Below the pieces are notes generated by a model. The model worked only from the letters and a program-made list of their open reading frames with translations, had not been told where the DNA came from and made no database searches. From contig JAXMNT010000009.1 of the NCBI GenBank assembly GCA_034670305.1, positions 32,001-96,000 of the forward strand: 64,000 nt of DNA. Direction: 5' to 3'. Positions within the stretch are counted from its first letter, which is position 1; every line of letters starts with the position of its first letter. Below, piece by piece: positions 9,887-20,263 of this stretch. The position numbers and the translations under genes were made by a program. This stretch comes from Deltaproteobacteria bacterium. GTDB taxonomy: Bacteria; Myxococcota_A; Polyangia; Polyangiales; Houyiibacteriaceae.

Positions 9887-9990
9887 CTGTAGTCGCTGTC
9901 ATTGTCACTGCCACTGTCACTGCCACTGCCGCTGTCGCTGCCACTGCCGCTGCCGCTGCCACTGCCGCTGTTGCCACCACTGCCACTGCC
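9887..9990. repeat. Intergenic hexamer array (GCCACT/GCCGCT/GTCACT)n
   Basis: Visible 6-nt periodicity starting just after the stop at 9869. Confidence 0.9.
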
Positions 9991-10184
9991 GGAGCGTGAC
10001 CGCCCAATCCAGGCCCGCCGAACGGTCGCGTCGAGCGCGCGGTTCGACCCCGGCTGCACGACGTCCCAGTGCGAGGACGTCACGGTCGTCAGCGTAGGGC
10101 CGTACGCGCAAGCCTCTGCGATCCGGGCGGCACGGACGCGGACAGCGCGCTTCACCCACCGTCGCCACCGGGGTAGGGTCGCGC

Positions 10185-11264
10185 ATGACCTGGCAGCACT
10201 GGCGCATTCTCTCCCCCTTCATTCTCTGTCTTTCGCTGGTCGCTTGCGGCGACGACGACAGCGGCGCAGCCGACGCTGGGATGGCCGACGCGTTGGTCGC
10301 GGATGCGCCCGGGGTGGATGCACCGACGGCCGATGGAGGCGTCGATGCGGGGGGCGGTCTGTGTCCTGGCGACTGCGACCCGCTGGCGGGTTGTACGGAG
10401 ATGGGGGGCGCTGCGGTGTGTGGCGACTGTCCCACGGGGTACGAGGACACGGCAGGCGACGGCACGGACTGCGCGGACATCGACGAGTGCGCGGACGACC
10501 CCTGCACCGACCGCCAGGACTGCACCAACACCGCGGGCAGTTTCGAGTGTGCGTGCGCGGCGCCCTTCGTGGCCGTCGGCGCGGACTGCGTGGAACCGAT
10601 CGCCGACGTGGTGATCGTGGCACCGAGCGACATCACGACGACCAGCACCGGCGCGTTCTGCCTCGAGGCGGCGTGCACCGGCGACCGCGTGATCCTCTCC
10701 GGCGGACACTTCGCCGCGCTCGGAGACGTCACCTCCAGCCAGCGAATGGACGGCTCGACTTGGGAGGCTTGTTTCCGCGGCGAGGTCGCCGGCATCAACT
10801 ACGGCGTCGACGCGGTGTGCGGCCAGGCGCCCGGCGGCGTGACCCCGGTCGACCGCGGCGGCTCGGTCTCGACGGGCGAGACCTGCCTTCGCGTCGTCTG
10901 TGAAGAGGGTCTTTCCGCAGTCGGAGGGGGCGGCCGCTGGCCCGCGCACGCCAACTTGGTTTCCAGTCGCCAGACCATGGAGGGGCGGGCGTGGAACCTC
11001 TGCGTGCAGTCCTCCACCGGCGGCGGGATCATGAACGTGAGCGCACAGTGCGTTGCGGTCGGCACCCAGGTGCGCTCGGCCACCGGCTCGTCGAGCGCGC
11101 TCACCGCGACATGCGAAGCGGGCGAGACCCGAGTGGGCGGCGGCGGCAGCGCGGACTTCATGGCCGCGACCGTGCCGACGGCGGACAATGGGTGGGAGAT
11201 CCAGGCGACCCTGGGAGACGCGCGCGCAACCCGCGCCGAAGCCATCTGCGTCGGACCGTTCTGA
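10185..11264 (+). CDS. Cys-rich lipoprotein with calcium-binding EGF-like domain
   Basis: Lipobox LVAC; DAG linker; DIDECADDPC...CTNTAGSFECAC; three C-terminal C-x(5-7)-GGG-type modules. Confidence 0.85.
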   Translation: MTWQHWRILSPFILCLSLVACGDDDSGAADAGMADALVADAPGVDAPTADGGVDAGGGLCPGDCDPLAGCTEMGGAAVCGDCPTGYEDTAGDGTDCADIDECADDPCTDRQDCTNTAGSFECACAAPFVAVGADCVEPIADVVIVAPSDITTTSTGAFCLEAACTGDRVILSGGHFAALGDVTSSQRMDGSTWEACFRGEVAGINYGVDAVCGQAPGGVTPVDRGGSVSTGETCLRVVCEEGLSAVGGGGRWPAHANLVSSRQTMEGRAWNLCVQSSTGGGIMNVSAQCVAVGTQVRSATGSSSALTATCEAGETRVGGGGSADFMAATVPTADNGWEIQATLGDARATRAEAICVGPF

Positions 11265-11315
11265 CTCGGGGCGCGGCACAGTCGGGGTGATCGGGCGTTC
11301 TTGAGACCCGTCCGC

Positions 11316-11565
11316 GACTGCTTCCGTTTCCGCTTCCGCGACCGCTTCCGACGCCGAGGCCGAAGCCGAAGCCGATGCCGAGTCCGAAGCCGAGTCCGAA
11401 GCCGATGCCGAAGCCGATGCCGAAGCTGACGCCGAAGCCGAAGCCGAGGCCGAAGCCGAAGCCGAAGCCGATGCCGCCGAAGCCGAGTCCGAAGCCGATG
11501 CCGAAGCCGAAGCCGACGCCGACGCCGATGCCGATGCCGATGCCGATGCCGTTTCCGCTGCCGCT
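11316..11565. repeat. Intergenic hexamer array (GCCGAA/GCCGAT/GCCGAC)n between convergent genes
   Basis: Direct reading; about 250 nt of NNCCGN periodicity. Confidence 0.95.
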
Positions 11566-11577
11566 ACGCCAGGCGCG

Positions 11578-12531
11578 CTATCTGGTGCGGTACCACTCCA
11601 GCGTTTTCAGTAGGCCGTCTTCGAGGTCGATCTTGGGGCGGTAGCCGAGGAGGTCTTCCGCTTTCTTGATGTCGGGGATGCGGAGTTCGACGTCGGGGAA
11701 GTCCCATTTCACGAAGTCGATCGTGGACTTGCTCTCTGCGAGGCGGACGATCATGCGGGCGAGCTGGTAGATGGTGACCGTGCTGCGGGGGTTGCCGATG
11801 TTGAAGGTCTCGCCGATCGATTTGTCGTTCTCGAGCACCTGCACGATGCCGTCGACGATGTCGTCGATGTAGCACCACGAGCGGATCTGGTCGCCGGCGT
11901 TGTGGATGTGGATCGGCTCGTCGGCGAGGGCGCGGACCACGAACGCGTGCACGGCCCCTTCGCCCACCTGGCCGGGGCCGTAGATGTTGAACGGGCGGAT
12001 TGCGCAGGTCGGGAGGCCGTACTGCTTGAAGTAGTTGTGGGCGAGGTGCTCGGTGGCGAGTTTGCTGACCGCGTAGGTCCAGCGGGCTTCGCCCACGGCG
12101 CCGAGGCTGGTCACGTCCGCTTCGCGCACCCGGAACGCGTACGAGCCGAAGACTTCGCTGGTCGAGAAGTCGATGAGTCGCTCGATGCCGCCGGCTTCTT
12201 TCGCGGCGCGCAAGACGTTGGTGGTGCCCTCGAGGCTGACCTCCATGGTGAGCACCGGGTTCTTCAACACCGTGTCGACGCCGGCGATCGAAGCCATGTG
12301 CACGACGAACTGCGCGCCCTTCACGGCCTTGCGCACCGCTTCCGCATCGCGCACGTCCCCGACGATCACTTCGATGTTCTCGTGGGTGTCCAGACCCGCG
12401 GCGCCGAGGGCGTTGCGGCGCAAGGTGTCGAGTACGCGGATCTTGTTCTTGTCCGCGAGCCGCCGACACAGCGCGGTTCCGATGAACCCGGCGCCCCCGG
12501 TGATGCACAACGTCTTGCCTTCAATCGCCAT
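11578..12531 (-). CDS. NAD-dependent epimerase/dehydratase (extended SDR, NDP-sugar)
   Basis: [31 protein letters not shown]. Confidence 0.93.
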   Translation of the reverse strand: MAIEGKTLCITGGAGFIGTALCRRLADKNKIRVLDTLRRNALGAAGLDTHENIEVIVGDVRDAEAVRKAVKGAQFVVHMASIAGVDTVLKNPVLTMEVSLEGTTNVLRAAKEAGGIERLIDFSTSEVFGSYAFRVREADVTSLGAVGEARWTYAVSKLATEHLAHNYFKQYGLPTCAIRPFNIYGPGQVGEGAVHAFVVRALADEPIHIHNAGDQIRSWCYIDDIVDGIVQVLENDKSIGETFNIGNPRSTVTIYQLARMIVRLAESKSTIDFVKWDFPDVELRIPDIKKAEDLLGYRPKIDLEDGLLKTLEWYRTR

Positions 12532-12729
12532 CGAAATCTGCCTTCTTCTGGACCCGGTGGGCCCGGATCCCTCGTGAACGCACGGGTCCCAGAGGAAACC
12601 GTGGGTGCTGTATCGGAAGCCACGGGCGTTCCGCCGGATTGCGCTTCCCCAAGTGTGGACGCTCGTTTACATCGAATGCGAGAAATGAAACGATGAAATC
12701 GCGCCCCACGTTCGGGGCAGAGGAGCGAC

Positions 12730-13392
12730 ATGGGCATCTTCAGCCGACTGAACACGGTCATCAAGTCCAACCTCAACGCCTTGGTCGACAAGGCGGAGGA
12801 TCCCGAGAAGCTGATCGGGCAGACCATCATCGACATGAAATCCGAGATGAAGAAGGCCAAGCGCGAGCTGGTCTCCACCCTCGGGTCCGCCAAACGTCTC
12901 GACAAGGAGGCGGACGAACTCGAAGACGAGGTCGCCAAGTGGGAGAAGAAGGCGATCCTCGCCCTCAAGACCGGCGACGACGAGTTGGCGCGGGCGGCGC
13001 TCAAGCAGAAAGCGCGCGCGAGCAAGAAGTCGAAGGAAGTGCGGGCCCGCGCTGCGGCGACGGCGCGCACGGTCGACGAGATGAAAGAGACGCTCGAGAA
13101 CGTCGAGAAAAAGGTCGAAGACCTCGAGGCCCGCAAGAGCAGCCTCGCCTCCGCGGTGCGCAAGTCCCGCGAGGTGCCAGGTGAGGGCGGCAAGTTCGGC
13201 TCTGAGACGTTCGACGAGCTCGAGCGCATGGCGGGCCGCATCGACCAGATGGATGCCGAGGTCGAGGCGCACGACATCCTCGACGACGGAGCCGCCGAGC
13301 TGGATGCCAAGTTCCGAAAGTTGAAGAAGGAACACGGCGAAGACGCGGTCGACGACGAGCTCGCAGCGCTGAAGGCGCAGCTCGACGACTGA
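12730..13392 (+). CDS. pspA: PspA/IM30 family protein
   Basis: MGIFSRLNTVIKSNLNALVDKAEDPEK...GDDELARAAL...DDELAALKAQL; SD GAGGAG. Confidence 0.93.
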   Translation: MGIFSRLNTVIKSNLNALVDKAEDPEKLIGQTIIDMKSEMKKAKRELVSTLGSAKRLDKEADELEDEVAKWEKKAILALKTGDDELARAALKQKARASKKSKEVRARAAATARTVDEMKETLENVEKKVEDLEARKSSLASAVRKSREVPGEGGKFGSETFDELERMAGRIDQMDAEVEAHDILDDGAAELDAKFRKLKKEHGEDAVDDELAALKAQLDD

Positions 13393-13505
13393 TCATGCCG
13401 GTCGCGCAGTGTTCGGAGTGGGGTGCTCGTCGCGGCGTCGCGGTGTGGACCGAGCGCCCTCTTCGCGTGGGTCTGTCGTGACCCGCGTCGGTCCACGCGT
13501 CTGAG

Positions 13506-15710
13506 ATGGAGCGCGTCGTCATGTGGCACCGCGTCTTCCCCCCGACGCGTGCCGAGTTCGACCGACCCGCGCGGATGCGGGCGTGGCTCGCCCACGTGCA
13601 GAAGCAGGTCACCGCCTACCAGGGACTCGCGATCGGGCAGATCGGCGGATCGGTGGCGGCCGTCTTCGAGCTGACCGAGCTCATGGACGCCGTCTCCGCG
13701 GGGTTGAGCCTCGTCGAGGATGCGGACGGGTTCGACGTGCCGGGCGGACTGCGGGTGGCGATCGGCTTGGCCACCGGTGAGGTGGATCTCTCGCAGAGCG
13801 CCGCGCTCGGCAGCGCGATCGATCGCGCCCAGCTGCTCGCCAACCGTGCCCGACGCGGTGAGCTGGTCGTCGACGCGACCACCCGGGACTTCGCCGCATC
13901 CGTCTTCCTGTTCGGACGCTCGGTGGGGACAGGGGCGGCGGCGTTTCGTGGATCGACGGTCGACCGCAACGTGCCTCGGCGGGCGACGTGCCGGGACGCG
14001 ATCGCACGGCTCGGGCGGGCGGGTGTGCCGCCGGTCACCGCGGAGCATCTGAGCCGGGTCGAGGCGATGCTGAAGGAGGATCGGTGTGCCAGCGTGGTGC
14101 TGCGTGGTCCGACGGGTGCCGGTGCGACCGAGTACCTGCGCGAGCTCGCAGCGCGCACCAAACCGACCTTGCAACTCCGGGTCGCGGGGGTGCCCGGTGG
14201 TCTCGAGCCGCTCGGGTCCCTTCGACTGGCGTTGCTGCGCAAACACCCTTCGCCGGCGGACGTGGCGGCGCGTCACGGCGAGGTACTCGGTGCGGTCGCA
14301 GGTGGACAGCCGCGGCCACTCGCGGAGATCCGGGACGCACTGACGACCATGCTCCACGGCGGGTGGATCGTGATGGACCCAGTGGCCGGCGTGGACTCGG
14401 TGACGCTGGAGGTGTTGCTGCAGGTTGCGCAGGCTCACGCGCCACGCCTGTGTCTGATGCGTTTGCCGATGGACGCCCCGCTCCCCGGCACCGTCGCAGG
14501 GCACACGTGGCAGGAGATCGTGCTGCCCTCGCTGCGGGGAGACGACGCCAAGGCGGTGGCCCGTGGTGTGCTCATCGGTGCCGACGAAGAGATCGTGCGC
14601 CGCGTCGCCGTGCTGGGCGGGGACACGGTCGTCGGCGTGCTCGAAGCGGCGCGCACGTTGGTCGCGGCCGGCGACTTGGTGTTCGACGGAAAGAAATTCG
14701 CTTGGCGGTCGAGTCCGCGGGCGGGGGTGCGCGGCATCCCACTCGACGATCTGCTCGAGGAGCGGCTGGGCGCTCTGGAAGAGGAGCCGGTGCGTTTGCT
14801 CGAGGCGATCTGCGCGATGCCGCAGGGCACGCCACGTCTGCTGGTGGCTGCGATCGCGGAGCGGGATGGGCTGGACAGCGACGTGCGGCTCGAGGCGGTG
14901 CTCAAGCTCGAGGCGGAGGGCTACGCGACCCGCGGCGATGTCTTGTCGCCCACCAGCGAAGCGCTCCGGCGCGTGACCTTGCGCCGAATGCCGCCCGCCC
15001 GTCAGGCCGAACTCTGCCGGTTTGCCGCCGACGCCATGCGCGCTTCGAGCGCCTACAGCGGCCCCCTCATCGGAGCGACCATTGGCTTCTACGTCGCGGA
15101 GGGCGGCGACCCGGACGCCGGCGCGCTCTTGCTGCTCGAAGCCGCACAAGCCGCCGCGGAGGCGGGACTCGTGGTGCCGGCCCGCAAGTTGGCGGCGGTG
15201 GCGGTGCAGCTGGATCCCCGCACCGAAACGCGTGGACGCGCGGTGGCGATCAGCCGCGGCGTGGCCGACGACGATCCACTGGACGATGGGCGTGTCTCCC
15301 AGGTCGCGATTCACGCGCTGCTGACCGGGGATCTCGAGACGCTCGAGCGAACCGTCGACACCGCCATCGCGGAAGGGCGGGATCTGGGGGCGGCGGACCG
15401 ACTTCGGGCGATGGCGCTGCTCGCCCGAGGCGATGTGCCGGGCGCGCTCGCTGCGTTTGGTCGCATGAAGAGCAATGCCGGCGACGATCCCAAGGCCCAC
15501 TCGATGGCGTCGCTGACCTACGCGTGGATCCAGCTCCACCTCGGGGAGCCGAGCAAAGCCATCCGAGCCGGCCTCGAAGCACTGGCTGCCTCTCGACGAA
15601 TTCGCGATCCGCGGGGAGAAGCCGCGGCGCTACACACCCTCTCGGCGTGTTTCCGCTCCGTAGACCGCCCGGAGGAGGCGGCGCGGGTCAGCGACGCGGC
15701 GCCCGACTGA
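13506..15710 (+). CDS. Degenerate class III cyclase + P-loop (STAND-like) + helical repeat protein
   Basis: LRVAIGLATGEV...LGSAIDRAQLL...GELVVD (cyclase-like); VVLRGPTGAGATE (Walker A-like); C-terminal DPRGEAAALHTL TPR-like repeat. Confidence 0.65.
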   Translation: MERVVMWHRVFPPTRAEFDRPARMRAWLAHVQKQVTAYQGLAIGQIGGSVAAVFELTELMDAVSAGLSLVEDADGFDVPGGLRVAIGLATGEVDLSQSAALGSAIDRAQLLANRARRGELVVDATTRDFAASVFLFGRSVGTGAAAFRGSTVDRNVPRRATCRDAIARLGRAGVPPVTAEHLSRVEAMLKEDRCASVVLRGPTGAGATEYLRELAARTKPTLQLRVAGVPGGLEPLGSLRLALLRKHPSPADVAARHGEVLGAVAGGQPRPLAEIRDALTTMLHGGWIVMDPVAGVDSVTLEVLLQVAQAHAPRLCLMRLPMDAPLPGTVAGHTWQEIVLPSLRGDDAKAVARGVLIGADEEIVRRVAVLGGDTVVGVLEAARTLVAAGDLVFDGKKFAWRSSPRAGVRGIPLDDLLEERLGALEEEPVRLLEAICAMPQGTPRLLVAAIAERDGLDSDVRLEAVLKLEAEGYATRGDVLSPTSEALRRVTLRRMPPARQAELCRFAADAMRASSAYSGPLIGATIGFYVAEGGDPDAGALLLLEAAQAAAEAGLVVPARKLAAVAVQLDPRTETRGRAVAISRGVADDDPLDDGRVSQVAIHALLTGDLETLERTVDTAIAEGRDLGAADRLRAMALLARGDVPGALAAFGRMKSNAGDDPKAHSMASLTYAWIQLHLGEPSKAIRAGLEALAASRRIRDPRGEAAALHTLSACFRSVDRPEEAARVSDAAPD

Positions 15711-15753
15711 AACGCTCGGCCGCCGGCGAGGTTTCTTTGCTACTCTGGATTCG

Positions 15754-16866
15754 ATGGGTTCACGCGAGTTTCCGCTCGACGACGTACGCGCAGACGGGTG
15801 GTTCGAGCGCCTCGGAGAAGGCGCGCCACACTTCTTGGACCTCTGCGAAGTCCTGAGTGAGCGCACGGTCGCGTTCGCGGTGGTCGCGGGTGTGCGCATC
15901 ACCTCCGTCGCGGTCGACCGACGGTACGTCGACGGAAGCGTGGTGAGCTTCACACTCGGGGACTCGCAGGACGAACACCAGCTTCCTCTCGGCGAGCTGC
16001 GCCGTCGTTTGTCGGCGAGCCTGATGGCACGCGAGCCTGGCCAAGACACACTGGCGGACAACCCGTCCGGCGAAGACATTCAGCGGTTCATCGGGTTCCG
16101 CTACCTGCTGCTCGCGCCGCTCTTCGGGATCTCGCTCGACGTGTTGCACGTGAGCGACGACGCCCCGCCGCGCGTGTCGATCTCGCTTGGTCCGGCATCG
16201 GACACGATCGCGCTCGACGAGTTGAAGGATCTGATTCACGACCGGGTGCGCAGCGAGGGCCGGACCCCTGCGTCGCCCTTCGCGATCGACCTGAACATCG
16301 TGCCGCGGGCGGTGACTGCGAACGAGCGCGGGAGTCACCAGGAGGTGGTCGAGATCCTCGGCTCGTGGCCGCAGCCCTTGTCGATGTTGCTTCGGACGGC
16401 CGAAGGCCAGCAGCTCTCGAACGACGTGAAGGGAACGCTGGCGCGCGCGCTCGGCATGCTCGGCGAAGCCTACGTGGAGCTCGGGAACTTCGACTGGGCC
16501 GAAGAGGTGCTTCGCCTCGGCATCCAATGGAGCCAGGAGCTGGACGACTCGTTCGGTGCCGACCTGTTCTTGACCTTGGGGCGCGCTCAGTTTCGGCGCG
16601 ACCGGCACGGACAAGCGATCGGGCTGTTGCGGCGCGCGCTTCAACTCGGGGCCGCCGAGAAAGACGTGTTGCCGATGCTCGCGGAGGTGCTGTCTCGCCG
16701 CGGCTGCACGCTGGCGGCGGCGGTCGTCGCGGAGCGCGCCTGCACTCTGGAACTCGAAGACGAACGGCGCGCGTCGGTGAGCGCGTTGCTTGGCGTCTGC
16801 ACGCAAAAGCTCGGGGAGCCTTGGACCAAGTTCCGGGAGACGGTTCCGGCGCCGGCTCCCTCGTGA
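15754..16866 (+). CDS. Hypothetical protein with C-terminal TPRs
   Basis: LGEAYVELGNFDWAEEVLR, LGRAQFRRDRHGQAIGLLRRAL. Confidence 0.75.
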   Translation: MGSREFPLDDVRADGWFERLGEGAPHFLDLCEVLSERTVAFAVVAGVRITSVAVDRRYVDGSVVSFTLGDSQDEHQLPLGELRRRLSASLMAREPGQDTLADNPSGEDIQRFIGFRYLLLAPLFGISLDVLHVSDDAPPRVSISLGPASDTIALDELKDLIHDRVRSEGRTPASPFAIDLNIVPRAVTANERGSHQEVVEILGSWPQPLSMLLRTAEGQQLSNDVKGTLARALGMLGEAYVELGNFDWAEEVLRLGIQWSQELDDSFGADLFLTLGRAQFRRDRHGQAIGLLRRALQLGAAEKDVLPMLAEVLSRRGCTLAAAVVAERACTLELEDERRASVSALLGVCTQKLGEPWTKFRETVPAPAPS

Positions 16867-18806
16867 CCGCCGCCTCCAGTCCGCGCCTCGCGGCGGTGCG
16901 CGCGCCGCGCTTCGACGTGCGCATGCGCTCGGGTGCGGCGCAGCTCGTCTTGTCGGAGCCGTATGTCGGATCGGGCTTCCGCATTCTGGAGATGACCGCG
17001 GAGGTCGAGCTCACCGCGGGCGTGTCCTTCACCGGTGGGTCGCGGCACTTTCGTTCCGCGGCTTCGGTCCTGCGCTCGGCCGTGGTGCGTTTGCAGCCCA
17101 CCGCGTGGTTGCCGCACGACTGCACGATCGATCGGCTCGACGGCGAGATCGGCGCCGCGATTTTTGACAAGGACGGAGCGGTCGCGTGCCGGCTGCTGCC
17201 GCACTTCGAGGGTCCCGATCTGCACCTGCATGTCGCATCGGCGGACTGGGTGCGCGCGTCTGGGGAGAGCGCGATCGAACGCATCAACGCGGTCGGACGC
17301 CGGCTCGGGCTGCTGACCCACGACGCCACACACGCGCTGATCGTGCGCCGCCCCCTGCGGGCGATTCTGGCCGAGGCCCTCCTGCCGCATGGATGGCGGC
17401 TGCCGGACGAGCGGTCCGTGGGCTTCGCACTCGAGCTCGGTGAGGCGTGGACACTCGTCGCGCGCGGGGCACCCAAAGATGGCTCGGTACACGTGCCGAC
17501 CCTGGTCGGGGCCGCACTCGAAGCGGCCGCGTTGCCACCCGCCGACACCGAGAGCGGCGGGTTCGCGCGGAGCCTCGAGTCGATCCGCGACGGATCCGAT
17601 CCCCCCGACACCGTGGTGGTGCGAAGCCTCCGAACCCAGTCGCATGCCCTGAGCCCACAGTGGTTGCGCGCCGACGGACAACTCGCGCTGGCCGAGATGC
17701 TGGTTGGACATGGCGACGACGTCACCGGCCTGGTGCTCGATGCGCTCGCGGCCCTGCCCCGCGACGCCCTGCGCTGGTCGGCCTGGGTCGCGCAACTCGC
17801 GGAGCGTGGGGACGCCGATGCGCTTCGCATCGCCGACATGGGACTCACCGGTCCGTTGCCGCGCACGACCCGCGCGAAGCTCGTGGCGTCGGCGGTGCTT
17901 GGGTTGTGTCGAAGCGATGGGGCATGGACCGAGGCGATCGAACGACTCGCGGAGCGGGTGGTGGAAGCCGCGACCCAGTTGCATCCGACCCTTCCGGAGC
18001 TGGTGGCGGCGGACGCTGCGCTGCGGCATCGCGCGGGCGACCTGCTTCAGGCCGCGCGTGGGTTCGAGCGTGCCGCCAAGTTGATGGGCCAGCACGGAAC
18101 CGACACCCATCGCGCCGGCGAGTGGCGGCGGCGGGCGGCCGAACTCTGGCTCGGACTCAAGGGGCCAGCAGCTGCGGAGCCCCTGTTGCGTCAGGCGCTG
18201 CTCGACATGGGCAACGTACCGACCCTCGTGGCGGATCTCGCGCTCGTCTTGGCCGAGCGCGGGGAGCGCAGCGAAGCGGAAGAGCTCTTCGCGCGCTTGC
18301 TCCGCCTGCCTCCCGAAACCGAAGGCATGCGCTCGGCGCTCTTGGCCGCGGTGCGGCACCACGTGGAACGGGGCGGCGCCGATCGCGCCCGCCCGTTCTT
18401 GACGGCACTCGGAGACGACGCGGTGATCGAGGGCCTGGACGCGGAGGAGTTCCCAGAGGATCTGGAAGACGACGAAGAAGACGAGCGCGCCGACCGCTTC
18501 GACTCGGACGTGGCGTCCATCGTCGCGCAGATCGAAGCGCCACGGTCGCTCGTCTCGCCGGTCTCGCCGGGACCCCAGGTCACGGTGGTGTCGGTGGCCG
18601 ACGACGAGGTGCGCGCGCTCCTCGAACAAGCGTCCGAGTTGTCCGACGCCCGTGGACTGCTCGAGGGGGCGCTGGAGCAAGCGCTGGAAGAAGCAGACGT
18701 CGAAGGCGTGCGCCGGGTGATCCGGGTCATCGAGCGGCTCGGCGACTTCGAAGGAAGCGACTCGTTGAAAGACCGCGCCGAACGTTTGCTGCAACGTTTG
18801 GAGTAG
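16863..18806 (+). CDS. Hypothetical TPR-like protein with acidic linker
   Basis: GTGA overlap with the upstream stop; TPR-like helices; DLEDDEEDE tract. Confidence 0.65.
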   Translation: MTAASSPRLAAVRAPRFDVRMRSGAAQLVLSEPYVGSGFRILEMTAEVELTAGVSFTGGSRHFRSAASVLRSAVVRLQPTAWLPHDCTIDRLDGEIGAAIFDKDGAVACRLLPHFEGPDLHLHVASADWVRASGESAIERINAVGRRLGLLTHDATHALIVRRPLRAILAEALLPHGWRLPDERSVGFALELGEAWTLVARGAPKDGSVHVPTLVGAALEAAALPPADTESGGFARSLESIRDGSDPPDTVVVRSLRTQSHALSPQWLRADGQLALAEMLVGHGDDVTGLVLDALAALPRDALRWSAWVAQLAERGDADALRIADMGLTGPLPRTTRAKLVASAVLGLCRSDGAWTEAIERLAERVVEAATQLHPTLPELVAADAALRHRAGDLLQAARGFERAAKLMGQHGTDTHRAGEWRRRAAELWLGLKGPAAAEPLLRQALLDMGNVPTLVADLALVLAERGERSEAEELFARLLRLPPETEGMRSALLAAVRHHVERGGADRARPFLTALGDDAVIEGLDAEEFPEDLEDDEEDERADRFDSDVASIVAQIEAPRSLVSPVSPGPQVTVVSVADDEVRALLEQASELSDARGLLEGALEQALEEADVEGVRRVIRVIERLGDFEGSDSLKDRAERLLQRLE

Positions 18807-18809
18807 CGG

Positions 18810-20237
18810 GTGTCCGTGGCTGCGTACGCTCCGATCCGGCGTTTGCGGGGCCCCTGCGTCCTGCTCTTGGTCGTCGGATGCAGTTGCGGGTCGCCGCCTG
18901 GCATGGACGCATCCGTGGACGCGGGGGCCGACGCGCGCCGCGATGCGCCGCCGCCCACGTGTACCGAACGTGCCGTGCCGCCCCGACCGCTGGGAACATG
19001 CGTCGGCGACGCCGAGTGCGGTGCCGAGATCTGTCGCCGCGCCGAGACCGAAGGTGAGGTCGCCGTCATGGAGTGCGGCCCGGGCATCGGCGGCGGACCG
19101 GGGGTCTCGTGTACGACCGCGGCCGAGTGCGCGCATGGCCTGTGCGCGGCTTCGGGGCGCTGCGTCGTCGCGTGCACGGACGACGCAGCGTGCGCCGAAG
19201 CGCAGCGGTGCACCCAGACCTGGGTGCACGCCGGTCCCGACGCGATGCAGCGCGCCACGGTCTGTGTGCCGCGGCGTGCCTTGCCAGCGGCGGTGGTCCC
19301 CGCATTCGAACCGCAGGGGGCGGCGGACGACTGGACCTTGCCGGCGGGCTTCGCGTTTCATGTGCTCGAGCCCGCGTGCGTCGAGCGGCCCGCCGCGGTG
19401 TCGTTGAGCGTAGGAGACGCCGTGATCTGGTCGGGGCGACCGGGCGACCCGAACCCGCTCTTCGCACGCAGCGGCAGCCCGCTCTGCGTGCAGCTGCCGT
19501 CGGGCGATGCGCCGACCCCGTCCGGAGCGCTCTCGTTGCGTTTCGATCGGTCCGCCGGAGGCATGCGCACCTCGCTTCCTTCCGGGGCCGGTTCGGTGCT
19601 GGACCTGGACGTGTTCTACCTCGGTGGCGGAGGGTTCGCAGCCACCGGCACCCGCGGACCACCGGAGTTGGCGGCGGCGCTCGGGCGGCTCGAGGAGATC
19701 TTCTCCGCCGCGGGCATCTCGGTCGGGGACGTCCGCCAGCACGACATCACCGGAACACCCCGGACCCGTTTGCAGATCCTTGAAGGCGAACGGGGCGACC
19801 TGCCGGAGCTCGCCGAGTTGTTCTCCCTTGGCGCGGGGCTCTCGGAGCCTGGGGTGTCGCTCTTTCTGGTGCGGGACATCGACTTCCAGCTCGCGGTCAG
19901 CGGAGGGATCCCCGGGCCCCTCGGGCATCCGGGCATCGACAACTCAGGGGTCGCGATCGCGGTGGATGCGATCGGTGCCGACCTCGGGCGCGTCATGGCG
20001 CACGAAGTGGCGCACCACCTCGGACTCTTCCACCCCACCGAGTTCGACGGCACGGTGTTCGAGGGATTCGCCGACACGCCGGTGTGCACCGATGCAGACG
20101 GCGACGGGCTCTTGTCCGCGACCGAGTGTGTGGGTGCGGGGAGCGAGAACCTGATGTTCTTCTCCGCCGACGCGACCGGCACCGAACTCAGCCCGAGCCA
20201 GCGCGCGCAGCTGCGTCGCGCCCCCATCCTCCGTTGA
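18810..20237 (+). CDS. Cys-rich lipoprotein with metzincin zinc-metalloprotease domain
   Basis: Lipobox VVGC; HEVAHHLGLFH (HExxHxxGxxH); NLM Met-turn. Confidence 0.8.
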   Translation: MSVAAYAPIRRLRGPCVLLLVVGCSCGSPPGMDASVDAGADARRDAPPPTCTERAVPPRPLGTCVGDAECGAEICRRAETEGEVAVMECGPGIGGGPGVSCTTAAECAHGLCAASGRCVVACTDDAACAEAQRCTQTWVHAGPDAMQRATVCVPRRALPAAVVPAFEPQGAADDWTLPAGFAFHVLEPACVERPAAVSLSVGDAVIWSGRPGDPNPLFARSGSPLCVQLPSGDAPTPSGALSLRFDRSAGGMRTSLPSGAGSVLDLDVFYLGGGGFAATGTRGPPELAAALGRLEEIFSAAGISVGDVRQHDITGTPRTRLQILEGERGDLPELAELFSLGAGLSEPGVSLFLVRDIDFQLAVSGGIPGPLGHPGIDNSGVAIAVDAIGADLGRVMAHEVAHHLGLFHPTEFDGTVFEGFADTPVCTDADGDGLLSATECVGAGSENLMFFSADATGTELSPSQRAQLRRAPILR

Positions 20238-20263
20238 GGGTCAGCCGCGTCCGCCAATGGTGG

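Noticed and set aside
11375-11644. PK/PM-, AS- or GF-repeat ORFs (also 47399-48190, 62547-63473)
   Set aside because: Translations of non-coding hexamer arrays
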